Source of the DNA: Lama guanicoe
Taxonomy: Eukaryota
Reading direction: 5' to 3'
NCBI GenBank assembly: GCA_013239625.1
Contig: MU053934.1
Coordinates: 11,697,003-11,761,002 of the forward strand
Length of the DNA stretch: 64,000 nt
This document shows, in pieces, positions 36,998 to 49,320 of the stretch. Below the pieces are notes generated by a model. It made no database searches. It was not told the DNA's origin and worked only from the letters and a program-made list of their open reading frames with translations. The translations under genes and the position numbers were made by a program. Position 1 is the first letter of the stretch, and every line of letters begins with the position of its first letter.

Positions 36998-38699
36998 TGC
37001 GTAACCAGTGGCAACCCTACCGACGATCCCTGAGCTCCTTTTGTACGACAGGCACAGCACGGGGACAGACACGGGGCGGGCCGTGGGCGCTCGGGGCAGG
37101 GGCCGCGATGCCGGGTTGTGGTGAGCCTGGGTGAAATGGGAGCCGCCCCACCACCGACACGCCGCCTACGTCCCTGACCTGCGGCCAGCAGAGAGTGGGT
37201 CTTCCTTCCCCCCACCTCCGGGAGGCGTCAGCCCAGCTGAGAAGTATTTAGGAACAAAACTGGTGAGACCCGGCTGTGCCCCACCGGCCGCAGGGATGTG
37301 GGAGAGGACGGGTCCAGAGCGGTGCAGGCTGGCGGACAGCATGGAGGAGGGGGCGGTGAGCGGGAGAGTGCTGGGCAGCCCAGGCTTCAGGGGAGGGACC
37401 TCGGGGCTGCCTTGGGGTCCACTGCAGGGCGGGGTTGTGCCTGTAGATCAGTGGACGTTCCCTGTGGGAAGACGCCTGGCCTGTTCATGTGGATTTGAGC
37501 TGCGTCAACACAGACATGGAACCCAGGGCCAGGTTATAGGATGAAAAGGCCAAACTCGGCAGGCAACGTGCTGGGAGAACAGGCTGGCGATCCACTCAGG
37601 CCCCTGGACATGTAACCGAGACACCAGAGCACGGCAGGCAGATGCGTGAAGCAAAGGGCAGGGGTGCGTGAGGAGCGTGGGCTGGTGGGAGGCCCAGGAG
37701 GGAAGGGGTCTGCAGCAGCCCACGCAGCCGGCTGTGTGCGCATGGAGACACGTGCCTGGACTCGGAAATCAATGTCCACTTGCTGCTAACACCCTGCCGG
37801 GCACAAGGCTGCCGCGGTGGCATCTTCAGAGCTGGGCTGACCATGGGAGCTGCCAAGGTGGGGGATGGGACGAGGGGTGGGAGGTGCCCAGTGCCTGCAT
37901 CCTTCCTCTGAAAACGCAGAGGGGAGAGAGGGGGGCCCTTGTTTAGGGACTGAAGAAGCCAGACCAGTGGACATCAGGGGACAAGCAAAGATGGGCGTCC
38001 TGGGCCCAGGATGGAGGCCAGGTGAGGACCTTGTGGGCACAGAGGGAGTGAGATGGGAAGAAACTTCGGGAAGCCTCGTGGGCCCCACACGGAGCCCTGG
38101 GGACGACCCCCGTGGGAATAGACCTGTGACAGTGGCGTGCCCTTCTCTCCGACCAACGTCTTCACCTCTGACTGCCCACCCGCCCCTCCTGCCCCTGCCC
38201 CTGCCCTGCAGAGCCAACGGATCATTGGTTGAACAACGTGCTTAGCTGGGTATTCATGAACCCTGGAATTTCATGCTTTGATCAACGCACGGGGCTGCCT
38301 CAGGTGGATTTATTTTCGCAAAAGCATCACGCCCACCCTGCGAATCTGGGTGTCCATATGCTTCAGAGCGGGCCTGCCATCTGCGCCCTGATCTCCTTTC
38401 AGCTCGTGATTGGCTGGACGGACCCGCAGGTGCCAGGGAGGGGCGCTGCCCCCGAGCTGCCCACCTGCCCACGCAGAGCGGGGGTGGGGGGGGTCCTGGC
38501 TTTTCGGGATAATTGAGTGTGACACGTCCTGCCCCAGGTGGATGCGGACAGACAGTGGCGAGTGAGGCGGGGCGCCCCGGGCTCCCAGGCATCTGTCTGA
38601 GGGACCCGAGAGCGTGTTCCTAGTCAGAAACTCAAAAGAGCCGCGGTGACAGCAGGAACGTGGCCAAGCCCACCCTCTGGAGCCCGGGCTCTGCAGCAG

Positions 38700-38812
38700 T
38701 GATGAAATACACAAAGCACAAAATGTACCCCCGGGGACGTTTGGTCCATTCACATGTGGTGTAACTGGCACCACCGCCTAGTGCCAGGACGTTTCACCTC
38801 CCCAGAAGGAGG
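38700..38812 (-). mobile_element. L1MB-like 3' terminal fragment
   Basis: cacaaaatgtacc...ccattcacatgtggtgtaactggcaccaccgcctagtgccaggacgtttcacctccccagaagg. Confidence 0.55.
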
Positions 38813-39511
38813 CTGGGCACCGCAGACCTGCCGTCAGGTCAGAGGAACCCCCGGGGTCCCAGTCCCGGCCCTCACCGGACGACCCGTCCACGCCCACACT
38901 GGCTGGACCCAGCCCTCCCCGCGGGGCCGCCAGGACGGCAGGGACCCAGCAAAGCCCTCCAGGGACACCCGAGGAGCCGCATGATGAAGGGAAGCCCGGT
39001 CCCAGCGTCACTCGGGAGGAGCGGCTCAGAGCTTAAGTGGGAGTGGGAGCCACAATACCCCTTCCCCGGGAGAGGGCCCTGCAGGCCACCAGCTCCTGCA
39101 CTGAAGGGGCTCTGTCCCTGCCCAGTTGTGCTGGGACCGAGTGAGGCAGGGGCGCTTGCTGTCACCCCTCCTGGACCCCACCTTCCCTGGGGGAAACGGC
39201 TGTAAGCAGGATCAGGGTCAGCGCGGAGGGACCAGGCGCTGCATCCAGGCTCCGGAGCCGGCCGTGGTGGGCGACCCGGCCAGCAGGCCTGGAGGAGGCG
39301 GGCCCGTCTGCACGCCCAGGCCCTATGAAGACACCAGGGCTTGGGGTCCGGGAGAAATCGCCCCCCAGCTCCCGCGGGACACCCGGGGGCCAGGGGCAGA
39401 AAGCCTAGGAAAGCAGGCTGCTGGGAGCACCAACTCCCCTCCCAAGACACTCAGGAGGGGCCGGGCCTCAGACCTGCACCCTCACGAGGGAGGCAGGAGC
39501 AGGGCCGTGAC

Positions 39512-39588
39512 GGTGGGCGGTGGTGGACGACGGTAGTGGGCGGTGGTGGGCGGTGGTGGGCGGTGCTGGGCGGTGGTGGGCGGTGGTG
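39512..39588. repeat. 10-bp G-rich minisatellite (GGTGGTGGGC)n
   Basis: About 7 copies including variant units (ggtagtgggc, ggtgctgggc). Confidence 0.9.
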
Positions 39589-42374
39589 GAAGAGCCAGGC
39601 TGGGGGTCAGGGCAGAGCTGGGGGTCAGGGGCACCTTCAGGGCAAGCCAGGTCAGCGCTAGGGGAGCAAACAGGTGTCCGCTGTCCAGAACTCATGGCCT
39701 CCAGGAGGAGCAGGGGCGCAGCGAGACAGCATGAGCAGCAGGGTGGGCACCGAGGCCAGGGCAGGGGTGCAGAAGGTGGAGGCGATCTTGTCTCAGGGGT
39801 CCTAGCGGGGATGCTCCCCCCTCAGAAAAGGGAGGGGGCGGTGCCATCGTCACTGGCTTCAGCTCCAGTGTGGCTGGGGGGGGGGAGGTGAAGGTCCCCA
39901 GGCATCATACTGGCTGGCACGTGGCAGAGACCAGGCTCCGGGCAGACCCCACCCAGAGGCGCCTCTTCCCCCGACTGCGCGATCGGCGTGAACAGGAGAC
40001 CCCAGGCTGGCCCTGTGCCGTCTGCCACAGGGCTCTGGGACAAGGCCGCCCACTTCCAGCATCGGTCACCAGCTCCTTCTCAGTGACTGCACGTCCTCGT
40101 AATTCAGGTTAACGGGACGTCCACGTCCCTCCAAACCCAAGTTCAATAGCATTTCATTATCGTGCTGGCGGACAAAGCACTTTCTTCTTTGTTGCAAGTT
40201 TATTTCGGCCTAAATTATTAAGCAGATTGTTTAATAATGTAAGCCTCACATTGCGGATGGGAAAGCAGATGCCGCGTTTCAAAGCGCATTGTTCCCAGAG
40301 AGCAGCGGGCGACCTGGGCTGCTTCCCTCTGATCTGACAGCCCGGGTCGTCTGTTCATCGAGACCAACGGGGTTTTTCTCGGCTAATAAGTGAGGCCAGC
40401 CCCGCTCCTGTGCTGAGACGGCCGTCAGCGCCTGGCTCTTCTTGCTAATGCACCTACTTGTCTGTGTCTGACCAGGCCCCCCGGGTGGGTGCTCACCACT
40501 GGGCTGGTTTTCAGGGAAGAGCAGGTGTTGCCCCGCACACCTGTCCCCAGGTGCACAACGCAGTCTGTGTGCTCGGCACACGTGTCAATGGCGGCTTCTC
40601 ATTTCTCAGAATTCATTTCCAGGGCTGATTCTCATTTCAAGGGCCCTCCAAGCACGCACCCTTCTTGCTCTGATGGCGGGGCTCGCTCTCCGGCCGGGTG
40701 GAGACTCTGAAGGTCACTGAGGAGGGAGCGGGGGTGGGGACTTGCTTTGCAGGGAAGGAAGGCTCCACACTGAATCCTCCTTAACGAAGCGTAAGTCCCT
40801 CCCCGGACCTTGCCCCTAAGGGACGCGCTCTGCAGCCCAGCCCTGCGCCGTGGCCGCCCGGGCGCACTGTCAGCCCCGACCCCGTGGTCCCCACCTCACT
40901 CAGAGAGGCTCCGGGTTGTGTAGGCTGCTGTTTGCAGGCTCTGTAAAGCACGTCCACCGTGAGACTTTAGAGCAGGGACACTTCTCGGTTGGGTTTTTCC
41001 AGCCACATCTGAAACCCTAAAAGGACCTCGGGGGCCTCAGAGGAGGCAGGAGCTGCAGCCTGGCGATGCCCTGTGGGGCCCGGCTGGCCTGCGAGGGAGA
41101 CCACTGGGTTGTCCCCTCCTGGGCCTGTGCGGGTTGGGGGGACACAACAATGACAGGGGACCACGGAGAGAGAGCAGGGCCTTCGGGGACAGGCAGGCAC
41201 CCGGGTCACCCAGCCCCGAAAGCCCACGTCACAGCCCGGGGAGGGCCGGTGTGCAGGATCTGTCTGGCTCAGCTCCCCTCGGGCGGAACCTCGAGATGCA
41301 GGATGGCCTCCCCACCATCACCGTCTCCGTCCCTCAGGGCCACTGTTTGGATCCTCATGCTCATTGTCTCCCAGCGATGGGGCCCTGTGAAGCCCCCCAG
41401 GCCTGGCAGCACTTGGTTTGCCATGTGTTTCACACTGGGACCACCCAGGCACCCACCGGGACCCAGGACGGGGAGGGCAGCGGTGAGCCGTCCCCAGTGG
41501 CTGCCCTTCTGGCCCCAGGCCGGTGAGTGCTAACACCGAGGTGTGGGCACCCAGGCCCCTGAGCCTAGGCATCTCAGGGAGCTGCCGAGGGCGACCTGGA
41601 GGAGGCGCCTGGGGGAGCCGGGCGAGGGGGACGCCCTCCTGCAGCAGACCTGCCGGACACATACTTCAGAGGGAGCGCCGTCACTCGCCACGTGGCCAGA
41701 GGCTTCCTCTCCCAGCGCCCGGCCCTCCCAGGGGCAGACAGCTGTCCTGGATCCAGAGATAAATGAACAGTGTTACCCCTGCCTTCACATCGTCTGGTGT
41801 CCAAGCAGGGCTGGCATGATCTGAGCCTCAGCCACCAGCATCCTCGTCTGTCTTGGTAACGCATTATACCAGCCCAGCTCTCCTGTCCACTCTGACGTCC
41901 CCCTGGGACCCCCCAGTCTGGTGGGGCCTGGCTCCAGGCAGCTGGTTGGTTAAGGGCTGAGTGAGTCTCTCCCAGGGGCACCACGGGACCCAGACCATAC
42001 CAGCTGCTGGTGACTCACCCACGATGCTGATGGCAGCTGGACATGCGGCAGGAACTGCCCGGCTGTGGGCCCCCACCTGCTGCAGCCCCTTCTTCACTGT
42101 CCCCAGGAAGGGCCAGCCTCTCGGTGGCCCTGCAGGAGGCCCCTACCGTGGCAGGCCACCCTCAGGTGCAGGGACGGGGCAGAGCAGCCTGGACGTCTGC
42201 AGGACAGGCAGGGGGTATGAGTGAGGGGTGGACAGTGGCAAGGCAGTGGTCAGCCACCCGCAGGCACTGCTTTGGGGTGCTGGAGTAGGGGTAGCAGGCA
42301 GAGCTGGAGGGAGGCCTGGAGCAGGGCTGGGGGTCACTGTGTGGGCTGGCCGGATGCCAGGGCACAGACCGTGG

Positions 42375-42445
42375 ACTCAGTGCAGCCACATCTCGTGGGC
42401 TCAGTAGCCACACGTGGCCAGCAGCTGCCACATTCGCCAACGTGG
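42375..42445. mobile_element. MER3/MER33-like hAT-Charlie end fragment
   Basis: gcagccacatctcgtgggctcagtagccacacgtggccagcagctgccacatt. Confidence 0.6.
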
Positions 42446-42699
42446 CTGTGGTTCACCCGGAGAGAACCGACACCGTGGATACGCAGATCGCTCTTTTTAT
42501 GTAGTTCATTTTGTGCATCTTCCCTTGATCTTTCGTCGGTTTCAGCCTCCTGAGCCTGTGCCCACCTGGCTAGATTCACCCCAAAGTGTCTCTTGTCCCG
42601 GCAGCTGGGGTGAAGCGTGCTGCTTTGCAACTCCCATTTTCCACCATCCCTGCGAGAGTGGGGAACTACGATGGATTCGTGTCTCCTGGCCGCGTGTCC

Positions 42700-43960
42700 T
42701 GAGACTGCTGAAGTCACTCCTTCAGTCATGTCGCCTGAAGACGAAGAAGGTTCTGCTTCAACGCTTCTGAGTCTCGGAAGGTTTGGTCCATTTCTGTTTA
42801 ACGTAATTAGTGATATCACTGGGCCAACGTCTGCTGTCTTGTTACTAGTTTTCCACTGGTCTCATCTGTTGGTCCCTTCTTCAGTCTTCTCTGGTATTTA
42901 TTTCCGTTAATCAAGTATTTTTATTATTTCATTTGGTTCCAACCCTAAAGCTTAAAACGTGGATCCTTAACTTAGCGGCAGCCTGTCTCACAGGAGCACC
43001 TTCCCCTCCTGCAGGACGACGCGGGGACCTCACGGTGGGTCAGCTCCATTTACCTTCCATCTGTGCTTCTAGCCGCTGTCACCCTGGACTTTACACACCT
43101 AGTTTCTGCTATTCTTGTCCCTCCCAACCACAGTACATTCACTGTTCCTTCTTCCCAAAACCCCATCCTCCCCGTCGGCCACTTTCCTTCACCCGGAGAA
43201 GCTACGTTACTTGCTTGTCTTCAGTGCCCAACTGTGAGAGGTGAACTCGTTCAGCCTTCACTGGTCTGGAAGCGTCCTTATTTCCCACTCTTTTCTCAAG
43301 AATATCTGTTGTTTACAGGACTCAGGCTGGAGTTCTCTTCATGTTCTTCAGCACGTGACAGGTGACTGTGCGTGACTTTCCAAACTCCGTGCTTTCCCTT
43401 GGAAAGCCATCACTACCCTCGTTTTGAAGTTCTCGAATCTGTGGACCGATGTCTTTCATCACGTGGCACATCCTTCACCAATATCTCTTCAAACACGGTT
43501 TCCACCCCAGCTCCTCTGCTTCGGGGGTTCCAGCCCCACAAACGCTAAGCTGGTTCCGAGCTCACCGTGAACGGCGGTCGCCCACTCCTGCGCTTCGCCC
43601 CCCTCGAGGTTAAGCGTAGGCATTCCCTGCTGCTCCCCTCACTAGCACTAACTTCTGCGTCCAGTCTGTTTAAGATGCTGCGCTTTTCAGCCCTGAAGTG
43701 TCCACAGGAGGGTTTTTATTAAATTCCAATTCTGTGTTGAAATGATCTATACCTTCCTCCATTTTATGACACTTACCTTTATTTTCTTCAACGTATTTAT
43801 ATCCATTATTTCGCAGACCCTCTTTGCCAGCGTCAGCATCTGACCGGTCCTCGGGTCTGTGTCTGGTGTTTGCTTTTTCTCTTGCCTGTTGCTCATAATC
43901 TTCTTCTTCCATTTCTCACCTTGAAAAAACAATTGTATCCAGGGAATTTGTGTAAAGTGG
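42700..43960 (-). mobile_element. Old L1 (L1ME-like) ORF1/inter-ORF region
   Basis: T-rich antisense L1 motifs: gtttggtccatttctgtttaacgtaattagtgatat, aatatctcttcaaacac, ttattttcttcaacgtatttatatcc. Confidence 0.65.
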
Positions 43961-44818
43961 CAACAGAGGTTGAAGTTCCATCCTTCCTCCCGGAGGTGGA
44001 GTGCCTGGGCGGGGGCCGGGCTCAGGGGACCCCCCCACGTCAGCTACTGAGGACTTGAGTCAGGTCAGGGCTCGTGCGGCTCCACCTGGACGCAGCCCAC
44101 CTGTTTTCCGTGACTCCGAGGTGGGAGGGCCCCTCTGACCTCGCGTCGGGGACACAGCTGGAGGGCAGGACTCCCCAGTACCACGTCACTGTCTCGGTTG
44201 CCAGCTTGGGTTTGCAGCTTACTCATTTGTTCTTGCTGTTTACGCAGGAAGAGGGCCCGCCACTTCGTAAAGTACCCTGCACTGGAGGGAACCGTCCTCT
44301 GTGGTTTCGTAAAGATTAAATACTGTAATATTTGTAAAAATGCTGAGCAAAATCTTGAGCTGAAACAGGTGTCCCCTCCCTGCTCCCCTCTCCTTTCTCC
44401 CTTTCTTCTTCACTCACCTGATGTTGCTCCTCTCAGTTTTTAAAACCATCTCCGATTCCTGTTTAACCCTCAGTTGCTGGAGAGAAAAAGCAGAGCAACA
44501 GATGCAGGCGAGAGGAGTAAGTGGTTGACTGAAGGGAACGGGGCCAGGATGACGGTCGGCGGAGAAGAGATCCGGGATGTTTCAGGGGCAGAGAGATGTC
44601 TTGAGACAGGACTGGAGGGGGGCTGGCGGGCTAGGAGGGCAGGGGACGCCCACGGAGACAGCAGCTGGCGGGGACGGGGACCACAGACGGCGGAGAAGCG
44701 GAGGGAAAGTGCCCAGCGCGACGCCGGCTGAGTGGAGGCCTCGGCGGTCAGTCTGCCGCATCATCGGACTGGACACTAACTTTGTCGCTTTCTCCAGCAG
44801 CTTTAGCAGATGTGCGAG

Positions 44819-44886
44819 AACACCAAAGTGGAGATGTGGGCAGGCGGACGGTAACACCAACATGGAGATGTGGCCAGGCGGACGGT
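44819..44886. repeat. 34-bp imperfect tandem duplication, probably within an L2 fragment
   Basis: aacaccaaagtggagatgtgggcaggcggacggt / aacaccaacatggagatgtggccaggcggacggt. Confidence 0.85.
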
Positions 44887-46899
44887 GTCATGACACGCGA
44901 CCTCCGCAGGGAGGGGAGAGTGAAGGGTGGGCTGTGGACTCCGGACTCCACCGCGAGTGGGCCGGGACCGGACAGCTGGCCGAGCAGAGCAGAGGCCGTC
45001 GGAGGAGGGGTTCCTGGAATGCCGGGGGAGCCTCTGACGCCAGGAGAGGACTGGTCGTTTAAACCTGAGATGTTTAAAGCTTCTAAGTCTTTACCTTGGG
45101 GGTCTGAGGTGTCCGTGACAATTACAGCGGATGCACGGTGACCGTGAGGAGGACGGCTACCTCGGGCACGCTGGCTTGGGTCACGTGTGTGACCTCCAGA
45201 GGTTCCGGGGGGGCTGCCCTCAGGCTGGGGAGCCGCTCCGACTCGCCAGCACCAAGACGGGGGTGGGTGCGGCTCGAGTGAGCCCTGGGGCTGCGTGCCT
45301 GTGGTGCACACCCTCCTTCCGAAACGGGAACACTCGTGCCTCCCTTTCAAGTGACTCGGAATTAAATGTCAAAAGTCAGTGGGTGGAGACTGGTTCCTGG
45401 TCAGACTCCCCGCTTCCGTGTGCCGTCTCCTGAGCAGAGACAGAAACAGAAGCGCGTGGAGACCTGGCCTTTCGGGAGACGGCGAAGTGGAAGGAGGAAA
45501 GCACGTAGTCTGAGGGACAAGCAGGCGGGCGGCCGGGGGTAGAAGAAGAACCAGCAAAGAATCCTTTTGCAGAATCGCTGCGACGGGTCAGCCCGGGGGG
45601 AGCGGCCGCTGCAGGGACTCCGAGAAGGACCCACTGGGCCCGGACTTGACAGCAGCGCAGGCGGTCGGTTTTGCCGGTGACGTAACCCAGGCGCCAGGAG
45701 GCTGAGGGCGGAGTTGACGTGATGGAGCAGGTAGGTGTTTGGTGAGAAGGAAGGGACGGAGCAGCCTCCAAGCCCTTAGCTTGCCCAGTGGATGAGTGAA
45801 ATTTCAGGAAAAACCACATTTGAGAAACGTCACCCCTCTTAGGTCTGGTCCGTGACGTGTGCGAAGTGCCGTGTGGGTTCACTGGCTCCTAAAAGGAGGA
45901 AAAGGGAATGTGTGTCCAACAGCTAAATGCAGCACCACCTGGGGCAACACCCACTCTCTGTGGGGAGGTGGGGCTCTTCCCGGGGCCCCCGCGTTACTGC
46001 GGGAACTCTGGGTGCTGGGCTGGGCGGTCGGGGAACGACGCGGTTCTGTGCCCTCCTCTCCCCCATCACGTGCTGAGTCGCTCCCGCACCGGCCGCAGCC
46101 TCGGGGGCTCGGTGTGAGCTGTGCCAGGGCCGCGTCCGCAGCGGGAAGGTCCAGCCCACTGCGCTGTGAGCTGCCCAGCCAGGTCTTTGGTCCCCACCAA
46201 CCGCCAGCGTGTGGGTCTTGCAATTGGCTTCTCCCCTGTTTACCCTTCTCAGAATGGAAGGCCCTGAAATATTTAAAATCATCGATTCTGCATAACCCCC
46301 CAATATTATTAACTGGGAACCAAAAGTTATTTTATACGTTCATTTTATCAGTGGCCAAAAGGACTCGAGAGACAGAGAATTCCATACTCAGCATTGGCGG
46401 TCGAGCAGATTGCAAACCCTCTCCACACTTTCAGCTAAACATCTGCTAAATAACTGAGCACATGGAACAACAGCCAGTTGAAAGCCGCTGTCTCGAGCCG
46501 GGGTAGCAGAGACGGCGCCGGCCGACACGCGTCCCCACCGGAGCACCACGGGCTGCGTGCGGCCCCTGAAGGAACCCGTGGCCGTGGCCCTGAGACTCCA
46601 AGGAGCTCGACGAGGCTGGAAATGGCTCGGGTGGGGGAAAACAAGACAGCTTTCAAAGTCACGACTTAGATTTCCTCAAAGACAAGAACCTGCAGGGTTT
46701 CTGGGGCCAAACTGTCAGTTAAAATAACAACGCAGGCTCAGATCACAAACCTAAACAGAGAGAGGGTCCCACCCAGGGCCAGCCTTCCTGAGTCGTCTCT
46801 GCGTGGGTGCGCGTCACAGGGCACCTCCAGACCCAAGTGGCCGCCTTCCTCCGCACACCGAGCGCTCCTCCTGGGCCTCCCGCCCTAGTGAGAGGGACC

Positions 46900-48110
46900 G
46901 CCAGCTCCGCCCTCCCCGTGCTGGACCCAGGTCCGGCCCCGCCTCACTGCGTGGGGGCAAGGGCTCCAGACTGTGCGTCCGTCACTTTGGCAGTATCTCC
47001 ACTCGGGGCGCCGTATGCGGTTCTCCAATTCAACGCACTCGAGTGGAATTTGCCGTGTTCCTTCTCAGATCCTCCCTGCTTGACCGCCGGCCTCTGTGGA
47101 AGCCTGCTGAGTCACCCTCGACCCCCCCCCCGGCCTCAGCCCGGACGCGCCAGCACACCAGGAGCGGGTGTCATTTGACAGCTTTGCAACTTGATTATCC
47201 AGCCCTGTTCGCATGGTGTTTACTTGCAGGGCCGGCTGAGGGTCTGGGTCGAGCAGTTTGGTCAAGGAGCTGCTGCGGGACAGACAGGCCCTGGGCTCCA
47301 CGCCGCCAGCAGAGTCCTCAGCGCCAGCGGGTGCGACTCAGGTCGGGGCGGCTCCGCGGTGGCCAAGGCCGGCGCCGGTGTCAGGCTCCTCACTCCTCAC
47401 TGCTCAGACGGCACAGCCCCCAGGGTGTCTCCTTCCTCCAGCCTCATGGCCTCCGCCCCTCCGCCCCGAGCGCCCTCAGGTGGCCGCAAACCCGGCGCCG
47501 CGGCGTGTCCCTCCGGCTCCTCCCGGCAGCCTCTGCTTTCTCTCAGCCGTGGCTTCTGTTTGGAGGCCATGCGCCCGCCTCATTAGATGTGTTCCTGGGT
47601 GTTCAGTATTTCGATAGTGTTTACACAACATCTTTTCAAATCCCACCTCTAATTGTCGGCTTTTATGTAAAAACAAACTTGGTATTTACCTTGTCCTGGC
47701 AACCATGATAAATGTAGCTTATTAATTCTGATAATTATCCTGCGACCTTTCTGAAGTTCTGCAGAATCCCTGTGCTCCAATAACGTTTACTTCTCACATC
47801 GCAATCCCGGTATTTCCGTCTTGCGCCCCGCCTGAGCGCACCGCCCAGACCCCTCCGGTCCGGTGTTCGGAGCGGGCGGCGCCGCGCACACCGTGCCGCG
47901 GGCCCCAGCGCAGCGGAAAGGCCGCGCCGCCTCGGCGTGAAGGGTGTCGCCTCACCGGGTGCAGGGGGTTCGGTAGTGTCCACTGTGCTGGGAGTTGTGG
48001 TCACGAGTGAGTATCGATGCTTCTCACAGCTCGCCTTTGCACCTGTTAGGCCATCATCCTTCCCTCGCCTGTGCTGGTAATGCGGTGAATTGTGTTAATC
48101 TTTGCTTTTT
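46900..48110 (-). mobile_element. Old L1 ORF2 (reverse-transcriptase region), with GC/CpG-converted patches
   Basis: AT-rich core 47580-47740 (ttagatgtgttcctgggtg...cttgtcctggcaaccatgataaat...cttattaattct) is recognisably L1; 47810-48100 is colinear with the copy at 25460-25610 and beyond; left boundary uncertain. Confidence 0.7.
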
Positions 48111-48111
48111 C

Positions 48112-48850
48112 CAACTAAGACGTATTGACAAACAAAATTACAAACATTTTACATGTTCAGTTTGAGGACGTTTAGCGATTGCACACGCCTGTGTAACCGT
48201 CACCCAAAACGGGGTGTCAGAGCCGCCCCCTCCAGAAAGTCTCCCGGCCCTTCCACGTGTGTTTTTTATTATTCTGTACTTAATTTTTACTGAAGTCTGG
48301 TTGCCGGACACCGCTGCGTCAGCTTCCGGTGGGCGGCACCGCGATTTGGGCAGACGTGTGCGCACACCGCTCCTCTTCAGGTTCTTTTCCGTTGCAGGTT
48401 ATACAAGGTGCTGGATGCGGTGCCCTGTGCTGCCCAGCAGGTCCTTGTTGTCTGTCTGTCTTACACACGGTAGCGTGTGTCTGCCAAGCCCAGACTCCCA
48501 GTTTATCCCTCCCCTCTCCCCACCGTGACCCTACGTTTGTTTTCTGCGTCTGTGAGTCGGCTTCTGTTTTGTGAACACGCTCACTCGTCTCATTTTTCCA
48601 GACTCCGCGTGTACACCACGTCCCGTGACGTTTGCCTTTCTCGTCTGCCCCGTTCCCCTTCCGTCCCGCCCCCACCAGTAACCGGCTTCTGCCGCCACAG
48701 ACCGGTTTGCCTGTGTTTGGATTTGTACCAGCAGAAACGCACTGTGTGCGTATTGGTCCTCGCTCCGTTGCCAAACAAGTTCTGAGGTCCATCCGTGTGG
48801 GCGCACGCCCGGCCGTGGCCCTCGGTGACCGGCTGCCTCGCCCCGAGCAC
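48112..48850 (-). mobile_element. Old L1 3' end split by a younger L1
   Basis: acatgttcagtttgaggacg...ctgtgtaaccgtcacccaaa...ctccagaaagtctccc, resuming at about 48660 with ggtttgcctgtgtttggatttg...gttctgaggtccatccgtgt. Confidence 0.6.
48265..48650 (-). mobile_element. Young camelid-type L1 3' end, strongly GC-shifted
   Basis: Colinear with 61087-61450 (ccctgtgctgcccagcagg, actcccagttta, gtctgtgagtc). Confidence 0.85.
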
Positions 48851-49249
48851 AGGGCTCTCGGCGGCGTCCTTGGGGTCGTGCGCAGCCCTTCACCCCTTTT
48901 ATTGCCACTTACCTTTCTACCCTGTGGCCCCTCCACCCTTTCTCCCTGCTCTCGTCTGCCAGGACGGTGAGTGGCTTTTTAGGGGAAAAGGAGAATAAAA
49001 GAAACAAGTAAATGTGTGCCATCCACACTCTGTTTAGGGAATAGACTGAAGGAAAAGAAAAGGGGACCACCGGCTGAGATGGAAAAGGGGCTGCCGAGTG
49101 GCGTGGCGGCAACGGAAACACCAGAGGGCGGGGTGAAGGGAGGGGGTGCGCCTGCGGGGCGCTGCTTTCAAATCTCAGGGGAACGCAGCAGCGGGAACGC
49201 TGGGAGGGAGGGGGCAGGTGAGGCGGGCAGAGATGGGGATTCACGGCCT

Positions 49250-49320
49250 GATCGTCACCTGCTCTGCGTGCACCTTCTCCAAACCTCAGTTTCCCCACTG
49301 AAGACGGAGAGGTGCCTGCT
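49250..49320 (+). mobile_element. MIR core fragment
   Basis: ccttctccaaacctcagtttccccactgaagacggag. Confidence 0.5.

Noticed and set aside
46803..47708. 301-aa ORF
   Set aside because: Lies antisense to a GC-converted L1 fossil; loss of stop codons follows from GC gain
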